A DNA stretch of 64,000 nucleotides from assembly GCF_009914755.1 (NCBI RefSeq), contig NC_060926.1. The stretch is one strand, 5' to 3'. Within the stretch, counting starts at the first letter, position 1. Each line of letters starts with the position of its first letter. This document shows, in pieces, positions 1 to 13,464 of the stretch. The position numbers and the translations under genes are program-made. The stretch is from the human T2T-CHM13v2.0 reference genome, Homo sapiens. The notes beneath the pieces are model-generated. The model worked only from the letters and a program-made list of their open reading frames with translations, did not search any database and was not told the origin of the DNA.

Positions 1-110
1 CTCAATTCCATTTACCTACTGTGTACAAGCCACTCTACTAGAAGATGGGAGATCCCAAGATGAATAAGAAATTTTACATGCAATAAAGATTCTAGCCTGG
101 TCACAGTAAG
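1..110 (-). mobile_element. L2 LINE 3' end fragment
   Basis: cctactgtgtacaagccactctactagaagatgggagat...gatgaataaga resembles the reverse complement of the L2 3' terminus. Confidence 0.5.
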
Positions 111-526
111 ATAAATTAATACCTACAGCATGGAAGACATTAGGATTAAAAAGTCATGAATGTAAAGAGTCACAAAGTAGAGCTGTGTGAAAACAAACAA
201 TTCATATATACAAATCTGTGTTGAGCTCATGGATGATAGTATAAATTAGAATATATATTATTTTACTTTTGATTTGTATTTGTTGATTGCTCACATACGC
301 TTGACACTTTAGTGAAGGCTCAGTTTTCATCATTATACCAATTTAATTCTAACTAGGACTCAACTTGGATTTTGATGACATGCAAACTACACCAATTCTG
401 CATAAAAAAAATGGTTCAGGGACGAAATTGTGAAATTGTATAGCAAACAGCATTCTTATGCAACCTTGTCAATTGCTACCATGGCATGGCAGTCAGAGAT
501 TTACATTGATGTATTAAGAATGTCTA

Positions 527-823
<297 letters not shown>

Positions 824-1110
824 CTAGCAGTGAAAACCAAATATGCTGGATGCTCAGAAAACCTTTTCAGCATTGTTGGATTCTCCTATGAACCTACATC
901 CACCAGTGTAATCTCTGGTTAAAATGAAAGCAAGAAAAGGTGTTAAATTAAGTCAAAAGAATACTGATGAACAGGGAAGGGGAAATTAATTAAATTAAGA
1001 CATTATTTTCTTCTCAAATTCCATTTTGGATTGAGCCTCATGGGGGGGTACGTCCATTCATTTAATAATGCTCTGATGCCTACTCAGCAGCAAAACATAC
1101 AAAGGAAGAG

Positions 1111-1529
1111 TGGATTAATCTGATCAGGCTGCCATAGCAAAATACCACAGACCAGTGGCTTAAACAATAGAAATTTGTTTTCTCACAGTTCTGGAGGGTA
1201 GAAGTCCAAGATCGTGATGCTGTCAGAATTTGGTTCTGGTAAGCCTTCTCTTCCTGACTCTTCCTGACTTGTGGAAGGCCACCTTCTGGCTGTAATTTCA
1301 CATGGACTTTCCTCAGTGAGTATGGAGGGATAGAGATGAGAAAGAGAGGGAAGAGTCACTCTGGTGACTCTTCCTCTTCTTATAAGGACACCAATGCTAT
1401 CCGATGATTTGGGCCCCATGCTATATGATTTCATTTCACCTTAATTACCTCCCCAAAGGCTGTGTCTCCACATTGGGGGTTAGGTCTTCCGCATAAGAAT
1501 TTCAGGGAGATGCGTTTCAGTCTCTGACA
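1111..1529 (-). mobile_element. MLT1A/A0-type MaLR solo LTR
   Basis: gctgccatagcaaaataccacagaccagtggcttaaacaatagaaattt...tctcacagttctggagg matches the MLT1 reverse complement; TG...CA ends. Confidence 0.88.
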
Positions 1530-1540
1530 AAAAAGAATCC

Positions 1541-1945
1541 TGTTTTAGTTAACACTAGGGCTAAGTAACTAGGGCTTAGGCCTGTCATAACAAAACACTG
1601 CAGAGTGAGTGACTTAAACAACAAAATTATTTTCTCACAGTACCAGAGGCTGGAAGTCCAAAATCAAGCTGTCCGAAGGATTGCTTCTTCTGAGGCCTGT
1701 CTCCTTGACCTGTAAATAGCTGTTTTCTTTCAGTGTTTTCACATGGTGCCTCTTTATGTTGTCTATATTCTCATTTTCTATTCTTGTAAGAACACTAGTC
1801 ATATTAGATTAGGGCCCACCTTAATAATCCCATTGTAATGTAACTATTTCTATAAAGGTCTTATCTCCAAATGGTCACATTTTCAGGTACGGGGTGTTAA
1901 GGCTTCAATATATGATTTTGGGGCTATAGAACTCAGTCTGTAGCA
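1541..1945 (-). mobile_element. MLT1A/B-type MaLR solo LTR
   Basis: Second copy of cttaaacaacaaaattattttctcacag...ggctggaagtccaaaatcaag and gattagggcccacc motifs; TG...CA ends. Confidence 0.88.
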
Positions 1946-2659
1946 AACACTATAGGACACATCTGTTGAAAGAATATTTCAAATTGGAATTTGAGAAGGA
2001 TCATGATTTTGACCATCCCACCACCATATTTGTTGAAAGCCACAGGCAAGGAAAGGAAGTGAGGTACAGAAAAAAAGAACCCACTTGGCACCAACATTCC
2101 ACCTACGCTGTTGCTCCAGAGCAACAGCTTCTAATTCCTTGATCATTGAACAGCAGCAGTCCAGCTTCTCCACCTTCCCACCCTCCACACTTTCAACTTT
2201 GTGCAACTTACTATTTCAACTTTTGGTTTGCTGTGAACAATAAAACATGGAAAATGGTTACACTATGAGACTTTCTCATATCTGGCTGGACTCACTCAGC
2301 CATTTGACTTCAGCCTCAGCAAACTACCACTAAATCTTGGTGAGGTTAGTGCACTGAGGGAGGTTTAAAAACCAACCAACCAAATAATTCGCTACAAAAA
2401 AGTTGGACTTAATTTGTGTCAGCAGGAAATGTGACTACTTTTCAAGAATGGGTTCCCAGTGGTGCCATTAAATGATTACATAGTTAACAGTTCAAGGCTT
2501 ATTTTGGGAAGGTATGGTGTTATACCTGATGGAGCATGCTTTCTACATTTTGGTAGGAGGGGGCACTCATTTTCAGTATTTATTGTGATTGAATGAAAAT
2601 CTTCCTGCCAAAATGTGTTTAAAGAACCGTTTATCACAACTGGTCAGAGAACAACAGTG

Positions 2660-2858
2660 TGAAGTATGTTGGAAAATGACTAACAACTGGCTCTCTTGTG
2701 GGGGAGGGGGTGATTTTTAGCTTTTGCCAATTTCCGTGGTGTAAATACTCCTGTCATGGATGATTTCAAGCTACCACCATGACGTTGCTGGTTTCAGGTT
2801 TGGGAAGAAATTACATTAGCTCTGGCAAATGGATCAAGCCAACTGCAGCATACTACTG
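2660..2858 (-). mobile_element. MER63A-like hAT-Blackjack MITE
   Basis: ttgccaatttccgtggtgtaaatactcc...gatttcaagctacca...gcagcatactactg matches the recalled MER63A reverse complement. Confidence 0.75.
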
Positions 2859-4139
2859 ATGGTAGGTGGGACCAAGATGCAGAACCGTCCAATTAAAGAT
2901 ACACTTTATTCATTCTAGGTGTCACCACAGGCACAAGCAATCTGCATAGCATATTCAGGGCAGTTTAGTCCTATGTAGAATTTTGCTGATGACTACTGCA
3001 ATAATGCAATTGATAAAAGCCATTCATTGGGCAAATGAATGAAGACAGGAGAAGGATTTTTTTTTTTTTTTAAGTAACAATGCTAACTTAAGGAAAGGAG
3101 CAAATTATATGGTATAAAAACTGAGCAACATAGTGAAAGGATTCATACTAGTCTGGTCAAAAATGTTTTGCTAGTCACAAAATATTTTTTTCTTCTTTCT
3201 TTTTTGGAGAGGCAGGGGAAGAGGCATTGGTTTTTTAATTTTTTTTGTGAACAGACAATGGGATCAGAACCCACTCTGTGTTCTTTGAAGTGTGTAAGTA
3301 TGTATAGTTAACTATGTACCTTTCTCATTACAGGGGTGGGCCTGATTATTCCCAGCAAGCCATTTTCTTATCTAGATATAAAGAGTCCATCTGGATGATG
3401 TTGAATAAGGCTACTTGGATCAAATTGACTCTGCCTGCCTGCAAAGGCAAAGCAAAACTAAAGCCACTCCTGACTCCTAGTAGCCTCATTTGAAATGCTT
3501 TTTCCTTGTCAGCTTGTATTACATATAGTATTGGAAAGTCCCGTCCTCTGAGTTACTAAATACCGGAAGCCATCATTTTTCCAGTTTATTATGAGCATGA
3601 CCCTTTGGAAGTCCTTGATGGAGAGGCTTGGATACAGCGGTGGTGGTTCTGCATGGGAAGACAGATGGCTGCTCTCGGTACTTCTTTTGCAGCTCAAGCC
3701 CCCCTCCCACGTGTCTATTGTGTGCTCTGCCACATGGACTGGCTTCAGTGATGGGCTTCAAGGATATGCCTCTGCCTCGATTTCTCATAGTACCTGCTGC
3801 TGCCTCTACCCACTGACTTCTAGCAGATGACAATTTGTCATCTAGAGTAATTATTTTTATTCATTTATTCAGTTCCATTTTAAATAATAAGATTCAAATC
3901 AGTAAAGTAAGTGTCATAGACAGTAATAAACATGTTTTAACTTCCGCTCTATAAATCCCAAACTGCTAGGATGCTATATAATATCTTCAGAAACTTGATT
4001 AAACTGAATTTCTTGTTAAAATAGATATATACTTTTTGTGCTGAAACATATATATATATATAAAACTATATTTGTATAGTTTTTACAGATTATAAAGTAT
4101 TTACAGATATGTTAGATTATTTTATCAAAACAATAACCT

Positions 4140-4265
4140 GGGGATATTGATAGAGATCTTTCCATTCATCCCATTTGTTGATTAAAAAATTAAATTTCAG
4201 AAAAATTAAGTAATTTTTCTAAGTAAGTGAGAGAATAGAAACTTGAACCTGTATCTTCTGACTGT
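4140..4265 (-). mobile_element. MIR fragment
   Basis: attaagtaatttttctaag...agaaacttgaacctgtatcttctgact resembles a degraded MIR core. Confidence 0.4.
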
Positions 4266-4669
4266 AAATCATGGTAATCCATGTTATTTTTAAAATATAC
4301 AAGGGATTAACATATTTGACTTGAAACATCTCTCAGAATTTTTACTTTAGTATTTTAGTCAGAGACCCTTTAAAATCTCATTTATTCTGTGTGTTTTTCG
4401 TCTTCTGATGTTTTTTATGTATATCTATCTACTAAGAAGAAAGTTGATTATTTCTCAAAAATGTCTGCTTAAGCCTTGACCCAGGCTGGTATTCTTTTCA
4501 AGAAAAAAAAAGTCTTGAGGTGTTAGAATTGTACAAAACACTTAAAAAACACTAAAATGGTTATTTGCTTCCTAGTTAGAAGTTTTTATCATTTTCAGAT
4601 TATGAAACAACTCACCTACAATGTGTTTTTAGTGCTTTACTCCCTTCTTTCTCCCTCTTTTCCTACCTT

Positions 4670-5495
4670 TTTTAGGATTATTGATCCATTTTGAATTATC
4701 TGGTACTTGCTGTACCTAAAGTATGGATCTAGTATTTTGTTTTAGATGGTTATTCAGGGGTCCCAAGATGTTTATAAAATAATTTACCTTTCTCCACTGA
4801 TTTGGGATGACATCCTTATTGTACACAAAATTTCTGTTTATATTAGACACACTTTTGGATTTGTTATAATATTTTATTAGTCTATTGGTATTAATGTGAT
4901 ATTAACATACTATTAATTATTACGAATTTAGAATAAATTTTAATATGTTAGAGCCAATCTACCTCTATTGCTTTTCTATATCAGGGTTTTCTTGGATATT
5001 ATTGTAGGTATGTTTTTTTTCCATACAAATTTTTCAATTATCTTGTCTAGTTCTTAAAATGAGAAAAAGCAAAATAAACAAAAACAACACAAAAACTCAT
5101 TGTAATTTTTGGGAGGGCTGTATAAAAAATGTATGAGATAATTTCAAACAAATTATCCTCTTTATGATGTTGGGTCTTCTAGTCCGAGGTAGGTTTTCCC
5201 ATTAATTCAAGTCTTCATTTTTGTCCTTCAGTAGCATTTACAATGGTTTCTTCACATGGGTCTTGCACTTTTTTTTTTTGTTTTAGTTATGCCTAGGTAC
5301 GTTTTTAACTCTCATTTTCATTCTCTTATATTTCTCTTGGTTAGTACCTTTTATATAATGTTAACAATAGTGTTGGCATTGGACATTCTTCTTTTTTCTT
5401 ACATCCAGTGTATTCCAAATAAGTATGATGCTAGATCTGGGAATGAGAGAGATATTTTTTCATCATATTGAGGTGCTCATATGTTTTTATTTTAT
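4670..5495 (-). mobile_element. Old L1 (L1ME-like) ORF2 fragment, inverted
   Basis: gatccattttgaatt, ctttctccactgatttg, ccatacaaatttttcaattatcttgtctagttc: degraded antisense L1 ORF2. Confidence 0.65.
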
Positions 5496-5504
5496 TGATC
5501 TTTT

Positions 5505-6440
5505 AAAAGCCAAAACCATATTAATAAATTTGACTCATGAAAAGCTAAGAAAAAATTGTGTATGGCCAAAAACTATATAAAAGTCAAAAGATAAACCAAA
5601 ATCTGGGAAAATTCCTCACAACTCATACTTTATAAAAAGTTCTAATGTAATAAAAATCTTCTAGAAATCAATAATTTAAAAAGACCGATAATTAAAAAAA
5701 TATATAGACAAAAGTTTTAAAAAGATAACATACCTTTGGCTCTTAAATACATGAAAACAGGCACAGTAATACCCTTAGTTAGAGAAACATTAATTGAACT
5801 ATATCATAATACCATAGTTTTTTACTTAAAGTTTGTGAAAAGTCAAGAAGTTAAATAAAATTCTTAGGCTGTGGGGAAGTAGAAATTAGTATGACACTAT
5901 GAAAGCCATTTAGATATATCCATTAAAATTATAAATGCAGTACATTCTACTTCATCAATTTAACTTCTGGCAATTTTTCCTACATATATACTGCATATGT
6001 GCAAAATGGAATATTACCAGGTTATTCATTGCCACATTATTTGTAACAGTAAAAGACTCAAAACAACCTAAGTGTCTATGTTAAATGACTGGTTAAATAA
6101 GTACACATATGCAATGGAATACTATTCAACTCTAAAAGACAGGAGAAATCTCTGCACATAGTTAGATGGGAAAATACAGGGTTCAGAGCAGTGTGCTACA
6201 TTTTGCTTAAAAAGGGGAGAAACGAGAACGTATTTCTGTGTGTGCTTATATGCTCATTATAAAATTCTGAAGGAATGGCAAGAAATTGATGACAATAATT
6301 ACATTCATGGGTTGTGGGTATGGTACTAAACTGAAGTGGGACTGACCTAGGAATGAAAGTTTCACTGTTTGCTTTTGAAATATACTTTTAAAATTGTTGA
6401 GCCATGTTAATGATGTATGCTCTATTTAAAATTATATTTA
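5505..6440 (+). mobile_element. Old L1 (L1ME-like) ORF2 end and 3' region
   Basis: aaagtcaaaagataaacc, gttattcattgccacattatttgtaacag, aaacaacctaagtgtc, gcaatggaatactatt: sense L1 3' motifs. Confidence 0.7.
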
Positions 6441-7559
6441 AAGAGATAAATCTACTTTTGCTACATTTATTTCTGAGACTATAGCTTTAGTAAAGGTTTC
6501 CTTTCTTACCTAGGTTGTTCTTAGGCTCTTTTGGCTACATGAAAGATAAAAAGAAAAAAATCTACACATTATTATCAAAGTTTCTCGGAAGAGGGTAAAT
6601 GAAGGAAGACATTGTAAGATATTATAGGAAAGCATTCAAGATAGAATTCAGGATTTTTTATTTTTAAGATTCTTTGAGAGAAATCTAATTGAATTTGAAG
6701 TTATTAGATTTTCTCATTGATTTTAATTGAATGTGACAATTATTTCTATACATGTAGGAATTTTAATAAATGCATAAATAGTACATACAGTTTTATTTGT
6801 TTTAAGTCATCACTTGGGAGTTAATATGCTTTCAATGGGATTCTTGTTGTGTTTTCCAAAGCAAAGGTCCTATAAAGGCAGAGGAAATCCTCAGGTTTCC
6901 CATTCCTACCTTGTAGACTGTGTTCCTCTGGGAGTGCAAGCCCATGGGCAGAGAATGCCTCTGAAGGATGCAGGGCCTGGGGGAGGACCTTGGGTTCAGC
7001 AGCAGTTCTGGGGCTTGTTCTGATGTGCTAATCCTGTGACTGATTCTTGGCTTTGCCCATGGCCTTGGCTCCAACTCTTGGCTTAGATCTTGGGCCTTGG
7101 CTTGGTTAACTCTGTGACTTCTGGTTCTGAACACTGGCTGTGACCCCAGAATAAATACTTGCAGCAAACTCATTAGAACTTCTGGTCTGCGGTTCGATCC
7201 TGGTTTCCTGGCCCTAGGCTGCTTCTCTAAAGCCAGCTCACAGACTGAAGACTTTGTCCAGAGCTGTATGAAAAAGAATTTTAAGTAAACTATGATGAGC
7301 TATATAAATGTATAAGATTGGTAATATTATTTTAATATTACATTAATAATATTCAACCTTCTGGCAAAGGCAGTAATAAGGAATGCTAGTGTACAGTGAT
7401 AAGGGGAAAAGACATGCAAAGCCTTTGATTATACATATCAAAGACTGAACTAGAGACTCTTTACTCCTGGGTTCATATTTGAAAGAATTAGCTTCATATA
7501 TGTACAATGTATTCATCCCATTGAGGAAAATATTATCTCTGAAATTAATCTACTGTAAT

Positions 7560-8345
7560 TGCTTCTCTCTTGTGTTTCAGACCCATATAGCCAACTTCCC
7601 TCTGGGCCCCTCCCTGTGGGTGCCCAGCAGGCAACACAGGTAAAGCATGGGTAGAACTGAGCTCATCCTATTCTTTCTCCAGCTCTGGTTCCTCAGCCTG
7701 CTCCTTCTTCTGTGCTTCCCAGCTCAAGGAATGGTAACACCATGTCCGAGATGGATACCTTGGCAGCAGCCTCAGTTCTCCTGGCCTCATTCCTAACTAA
7801 CAATAATTCTGTTAATCTCTTTCGATTTCTTCTGTTTCTCCTCTGTTGTGGCCAACATCACCTCTTGAAGGTACAACTGCTATTGTCTTCTGGTTGGTCT
7901 CCTTGCTTCTAATCCAGCCCTCATTGAAGTACTTTATGAAAAAGAGTGGTATTTTGAAAACACACATCTGAGTGTGTTGCTTTTTGGATGCTATTTCTTT
8001 GAATAATCATTCTTCCATATCCCAGTAAGTTGATAGCCCCTCGCTCTTCACATTCAAGCCTAGATATCAAAACCTCCAGGAGTGTTTCCTCAAGAACCAA
8101 CTCTTTTAGGACTAACTTACATGTCTCTTCTTTTTATTCTCACAGAACTCTTCTGTGATCAAAGCATTTATCACATTCTATTATCATTGGCAGGTTACCT
8201 GCCTATTTTCTCCAAAAACTATAAGGCATGTGGGGTAGGGGCAGCATATGTTTTGTTAATTGTCATATTCTTAGTACCTAACATGATCCAGGAATACAGT
8301 AAGTATTCAGTATTTGTATTTTAAGTAATTAATTGAATGCATGAA
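7560..8345 (+). mobile_element. L2 LINE fragment(s) including 3' end
   Basis: cagacccatatagccaact, aatggtaacacca, agtacctaacatgatccaggaatacagtaagtattcag...tgaatgcatgaa tail. Confidence 0.7.
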
Positions 8346-8602
8346 CATTTAACATGAAATGTAAAATAATTCAATTACTAAAGCCAGAAAAATACCTGTT
8401 TAGTTATTCAGAATGGCCAATTGAGTGAAAGAGACAGCTAAAGAACAACAAGAAAATACTCAGAGTAAAACACAAAGAGATTAACAAATATAAAGACAAA
8501 GATGAGAACTTTGCTAGCTCTACTAGGTAATGCAGAAAATGAGATACAGAGAGAAGGATGTGACCTCCACCTATATTCTCCGAGACACAAGGTGGGGGGG
8601 AG

Positions 8603-8605
<3 letters not shown>

Positions 8606-8646
<41 letters not shown>
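8606..8646. repeat. (GA)n microsatellite
   Basis: About 16 uninterrupted GA units, then GACA units. Confidence 0.97.
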
Positions 8647-9563
8647 TACCAATACACAAAGATAAATAGATTTTTTAGACTTACCAACTCCCACATGGCA
8701 AAGAGGATGCAATAGATATCCTTGAAACTTATTACTATACTTCTTTGAATCTCTGATAGGCACAAAGAATGAATGTTTTACTAAAGTTTTGCAGTACTTT
8801 TCATAAGTGGAGTGTTGACTTTTAGCACTCTCTCCATGGGTTACCTACAATTAGGTTGTTCATGGGAGGTTTCCCAAACACTAGCCCTCTAATAAAGGAG
8901 ATTTTACCATCAAACAAATGCTAGCTTGTATTAAACTACTGAGCACGGCATTTTCAAACTAGACCTTGGAATACTGGCAAGAAGGCTAGGATGCAAACTT
9001 TCAATAATTCTGCTTTATTATGATTCATCCTTATCTGGTTAAAAATTCTTATACATGAACTGGGTATTTTTTATTTATTTGAAATATATTATAAATTTAC
9101 TATGTACAAAGTTATTGGATATTATTTTTCTACTCAAGACCCTTGAGCAAAGAGAATTTTGGTCTTAGCCGGTCTTAACTGATCTCAAGCTGTGAAGTAG
9201 CCATGGTAGTTATTGGGGTTTCAGAAATGCCATGGCGGTATAAATATAGCTTTTCTAAACTTAATCTCACCTACTATTATATTCTTTATTTCTTTTAATG
9301 AGGAAGTTGTTAATTCTACTCTAAGAAAATAATGGAAACAACTATTTATACCTTCATCCACAAAAGTATGCTCAACAACAAAAGTCTTCCAACAACCCCC
9401 TTATGTAGTTTTTGTCCTATGTCTACATCTAAAGTCATATTGTTTAGTTAGATACAAATAGTGAAACTGTTGCCTTTCAAAACAGTGGGAAAGAAAAACC
9501 ACTATTAAGAAATTTGTATTAAAATTACTCTTCACTCTCTGACTCACGCACTACTGTGTAGGG

Positions 9564-9787
9564 CAGGGTCTCTCAGTCCAGGCATGATCGATGTTTGAGA
9601 CTGGATAATTATTTGTGGTGGAGGCTGTCCTGTGCGTTATAAGATGTTTAGCATCATTCTTTGCCTCTACCCAGTAGATACCAGCAGCACCTTGCCCCCC
9701 GCCCGCCAACTATGACAAATAAAACTGTGTTTAGACTTTGCTAAATGTCCCCTGGGAGGTGAAATTGACCCTCATTGAGGACCACTG
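9564..9787 (-). mobile_element. MER20 hAT-Charlie MITE
   Basis: ggctgtcctgtgcgttataagatgtttagcatcat...cctctacccagtagataccagcagcac...aaatgtcccctggg...gaggaccactg. Confidence 0.9.
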
Positions 9788-10899
9788 CCCTGGGTTTTGT
9801 AGTTTGTTTCTGTTTTATACATACAGTCCACGCTATATTGTGGCTACTCAAAACTGTCTTTTTAAATGAATAAATAAAAGCCGTCTATCCTCCTTCTGTT
9901 CTAAATAGGTGTCGACCACAACAACAAAAGTTTCAGGAGACTTACTATGTGCTCAACATTGTATTAGGTATTATGGTTGACCCTAAAGAAGCATCAGCTT
10001 GGCTTTGCACCAAAGAAGTTTTTAGTCAAGTTGGAGAGAGATCACTACTCAAAGAATGCAAGAGACTAATGGAAGACAGAATATATTGGCAGCAGACTAA
10101 AAGGCAGAATGGTCACACTTCAAAATGTTTGGTACAAGCTATGGTGATGTTATTGATCTTCTGATTTGATGTTCCTGTGAAGGTTCTATGACCTATTTTG
10201 ATATGTAGACAGTGGTAAAATGCTCAAAGCTCTTTGCTACGATATGTAATAACAAAGGGAACAGTAAAAAATATTCTGTTTAAATAAGCCAGATCACTTT
10301 TACATGTGATGGCCAAGCCATGCAGGGGAGGAGGTGCTGAGCCTGGTTCTGTTAGTAACTGAGTGGTAGCTGAAGAAGACAAATCTAACCAGGCATGGCA
10401 AGTCCGTGGATGCCATGAGAGCCTGTGCATTTAGAACTAGGGCACACTAACAGAGATCAAACTAAGTTTTTCCACTAACATCAGACCTTTGCAATTTAAT
10501 GATTATAAAACTTTCCTAACATTTGCAAGTTTCTAAACATTTATTTTCTTTTATTCTGTGCAATTCCTATTACCATTGAAATTATTTAGGTCACATATTT
10601 TTGTGTTATTTAAGTAACACTCAAAGACAAAACCAAGAAATTCTTTTTCTACTTTTAACCATCCTGATTGGATAGTTTATATTTATATCAAGTTCTAATC
10701 TCCTAAAATTTTTAGTGTGTTTAATAATGAATCTTTGAAGAATATGATACACTTGTGTAATAGCTTTTTCATATAATAAAATTTTCCAAAGTAAATAACC
10801 TGACAAATTAAAAAAAACTCATACATTAAATGTAAAGTACTATTTTGTTATAATCATAGAATTTAATAAATTAAAAGGATTTTAGAGAATATTAAGTTG

Positions 10900-11312
10900 A
10901 TGGAAGTTACTATAACTCACAAATATTTTGGTACTCCCACCTTCTGGGCTTATAGCAGAATTGCACTTCTATACTGACTTGAAGCCAGGTGTGGACATAT
11001 GACATGCTTTAGCCAATTAAACATGATCGTGTGTTATTACCAGGCAAAAGCTTTAAGAAGCAGTGGGTGGTTTTCCTGTGTCATTGTGACCAGTGATATT
11101 CCAGGCAGTGGTAGCTCTGTTATCTTGAATCTTGGAGTGAGGATGATGACAAAGCAGGAACATGATCCCAGCTGACCTGCATAGAACATCTAGAGGGAAG
11201 GAGAAATAAAATTTTTGGTTTAAACTACAAATACAGTCAGCAAACACAAATACAGTCAGTAAGATTTGGTGATTGTAACCACAGCCTAACTTAGATCACC
11301 CTGTTTGATACA
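10900..11312 (+). mobile_element. MLT1H/I/J-type MaLR LTR
   Basis: gaattgcacttc, gtggacatatgacatgctttagccaat, gagaaataaa, ends ...ctgtttgataca; internal duplication of acaaatacagtcag. Confidence 0.7.
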
Positions 11313-11763
11313 AAATCCACATTCCCCATTGTCAAATAGTTATTTAAGGCACAGAGAAATTGCAGCACTTGACTGTGGTTGCAAATGAGGTTGACAAAAT
11401 CTTTTCCAGAATCAATATCTGCTGCCTAGAGTAGTATATTTTTCCACTTTACCAATGTTCTCCCAAATTTTGCATGTGTACCAACATTGAATATGAGGTG
11501 ATTTTGTGATATAAATATTACTTTAAATGATAATGTATCACTTGGGCAGAAAGTTAATGTCTCTTCAGTTGTCTTTCACTCTTTCCGATTAATGAAAGGA
11601 AGAATTCTCTATTTGGTGTTAGCATGTCTATAACTGTGGATATTTAGCTGCCTTCTAACCATTCCTTTAAAAAAAAAAAAAAAAAGAATGAGAGAACAGG
11701 ACTCAGGCTCTGAGCCTTCCTTAGGCACCAGACAGAATTCAATAAGTGTTTGATTTTCACTGA

Positions 11764-12083
<320 letters not shown>

Positions 12084-13464
12084 ACAGTCACTTCTTTTAT
12101 AAGGTTTTCCATTTTCGTAGTGACATAACATTTACCTTAAAGATATATTTGTTCAAGAACCAAAAGTTAAAGAAAAATATTAGCTAAATTACAAGGCAGA
12201 TGCTATGCAGATATGGCAGAAATTGCAAGAGTAATTAATACACAGTGGTGAGTGGTGAGGTGAAAATAACTGGTGCTGGGTAAAGAAATTCTACCATGTC
12301 GAAGTACTGACATCAGATCCTCTCTTTTCATAAAAAACAGAAAAATAGGGAAATATATATTCATTTATTCTATGAGTTTCTATTCAATTCTGTTAGCAAA
12401 ACCCATTCCTTTGACATCTACCAAAGAGAATTTGCTAGGTCCTTGGTGGCACAAAGATGTGTACAGTCTTTTCTCTAATCCTCAAAGACTGAATGTCACA
12501 TATAACTGGAAAAAAACTCTTTTAATATAAGAAAACAAAAAAATCAGCAATTTTACTCACCTTCTGTGATCACATTTGAATCTTGTCTACACTTGTAGGC
12601 TTAATAATCTATTTAAATAATGCTTATATAAATTGATTTCAAAAGTACTTTCTATTGTTATTGTTTTTTAATTTCAGATCTCTAAATAGTGTCCCTAACT
12701 GACATTTCTTTTGTATGTGGGTAGGTAAAATTGATTTTGTCTCAATTAGATAGCACCTATCTCTTTGTTGGCCTGGTCAGGGTGAGGAGCAAGTGAATGC
12801 TTTCTATATTTAGAATAACAGTGGAGAATGACATAATTAACAAAAAGTAAGCAACATAGAAGGAAGAGCAGGTTTCAAAACAGTATACTGGGTACAGTTT
12901 TGAACAGTGATTCCATTAAACTTACAGCGAGCAGAGAAGCCACAATATTGAGCTACGTTAATCAACTTTCAACAGAATCTCAAAATTAAGATTTAGCAAA
13001 TTTCAATATCATGTAGGACCATGGGAATCACCTATTTTTTACTAGATGCATGGCTGTGGTATAATTTATTAGACGCATATGTGTGCATATCAGTTTTTAG
13101 TATCCAGGGTCAAACTCCATTTAAAGCCACAATGGCCTTACAATGTCTTTGTTTTATACTGTTCTACACTTTACTCTCTGCTACCTTAGCAGTCAAAGAC
13201 TATATTATCAGAGTGGTATATTGCAATGGCTCCTCTGGCATTTTCACCAAACAACATGTGTTGAATGCTATTATATTAAATGCGGTTGGAGAAAGGGCTT
13301 CCAGGTATGCTACTGAATAGTCGTTGCTCTTAAGAAATTTAAATTTAGATAAAACAGATTTTTTTAAGGGTGTAAGAATCATGCAAACTGTACCAGGATG
13401 ATTCTGTATTGATCAGCCTGAGATTTATATTGTATTTCTATTTCATTGTGTTGGAAGATGATAG

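Noticed and set aside
7581-7639. Potential L2-derived exon (tttcag|...cag|gtaaag)
   Set aside because: Splice-like pairs are frequent by chance and there is no transcript evidence in the sequence
13021-13320. 99-aa hydrophobic ORF
   Set aside because: Composition is typical of random AT-rich ORFs; no promoter, splice or homology support
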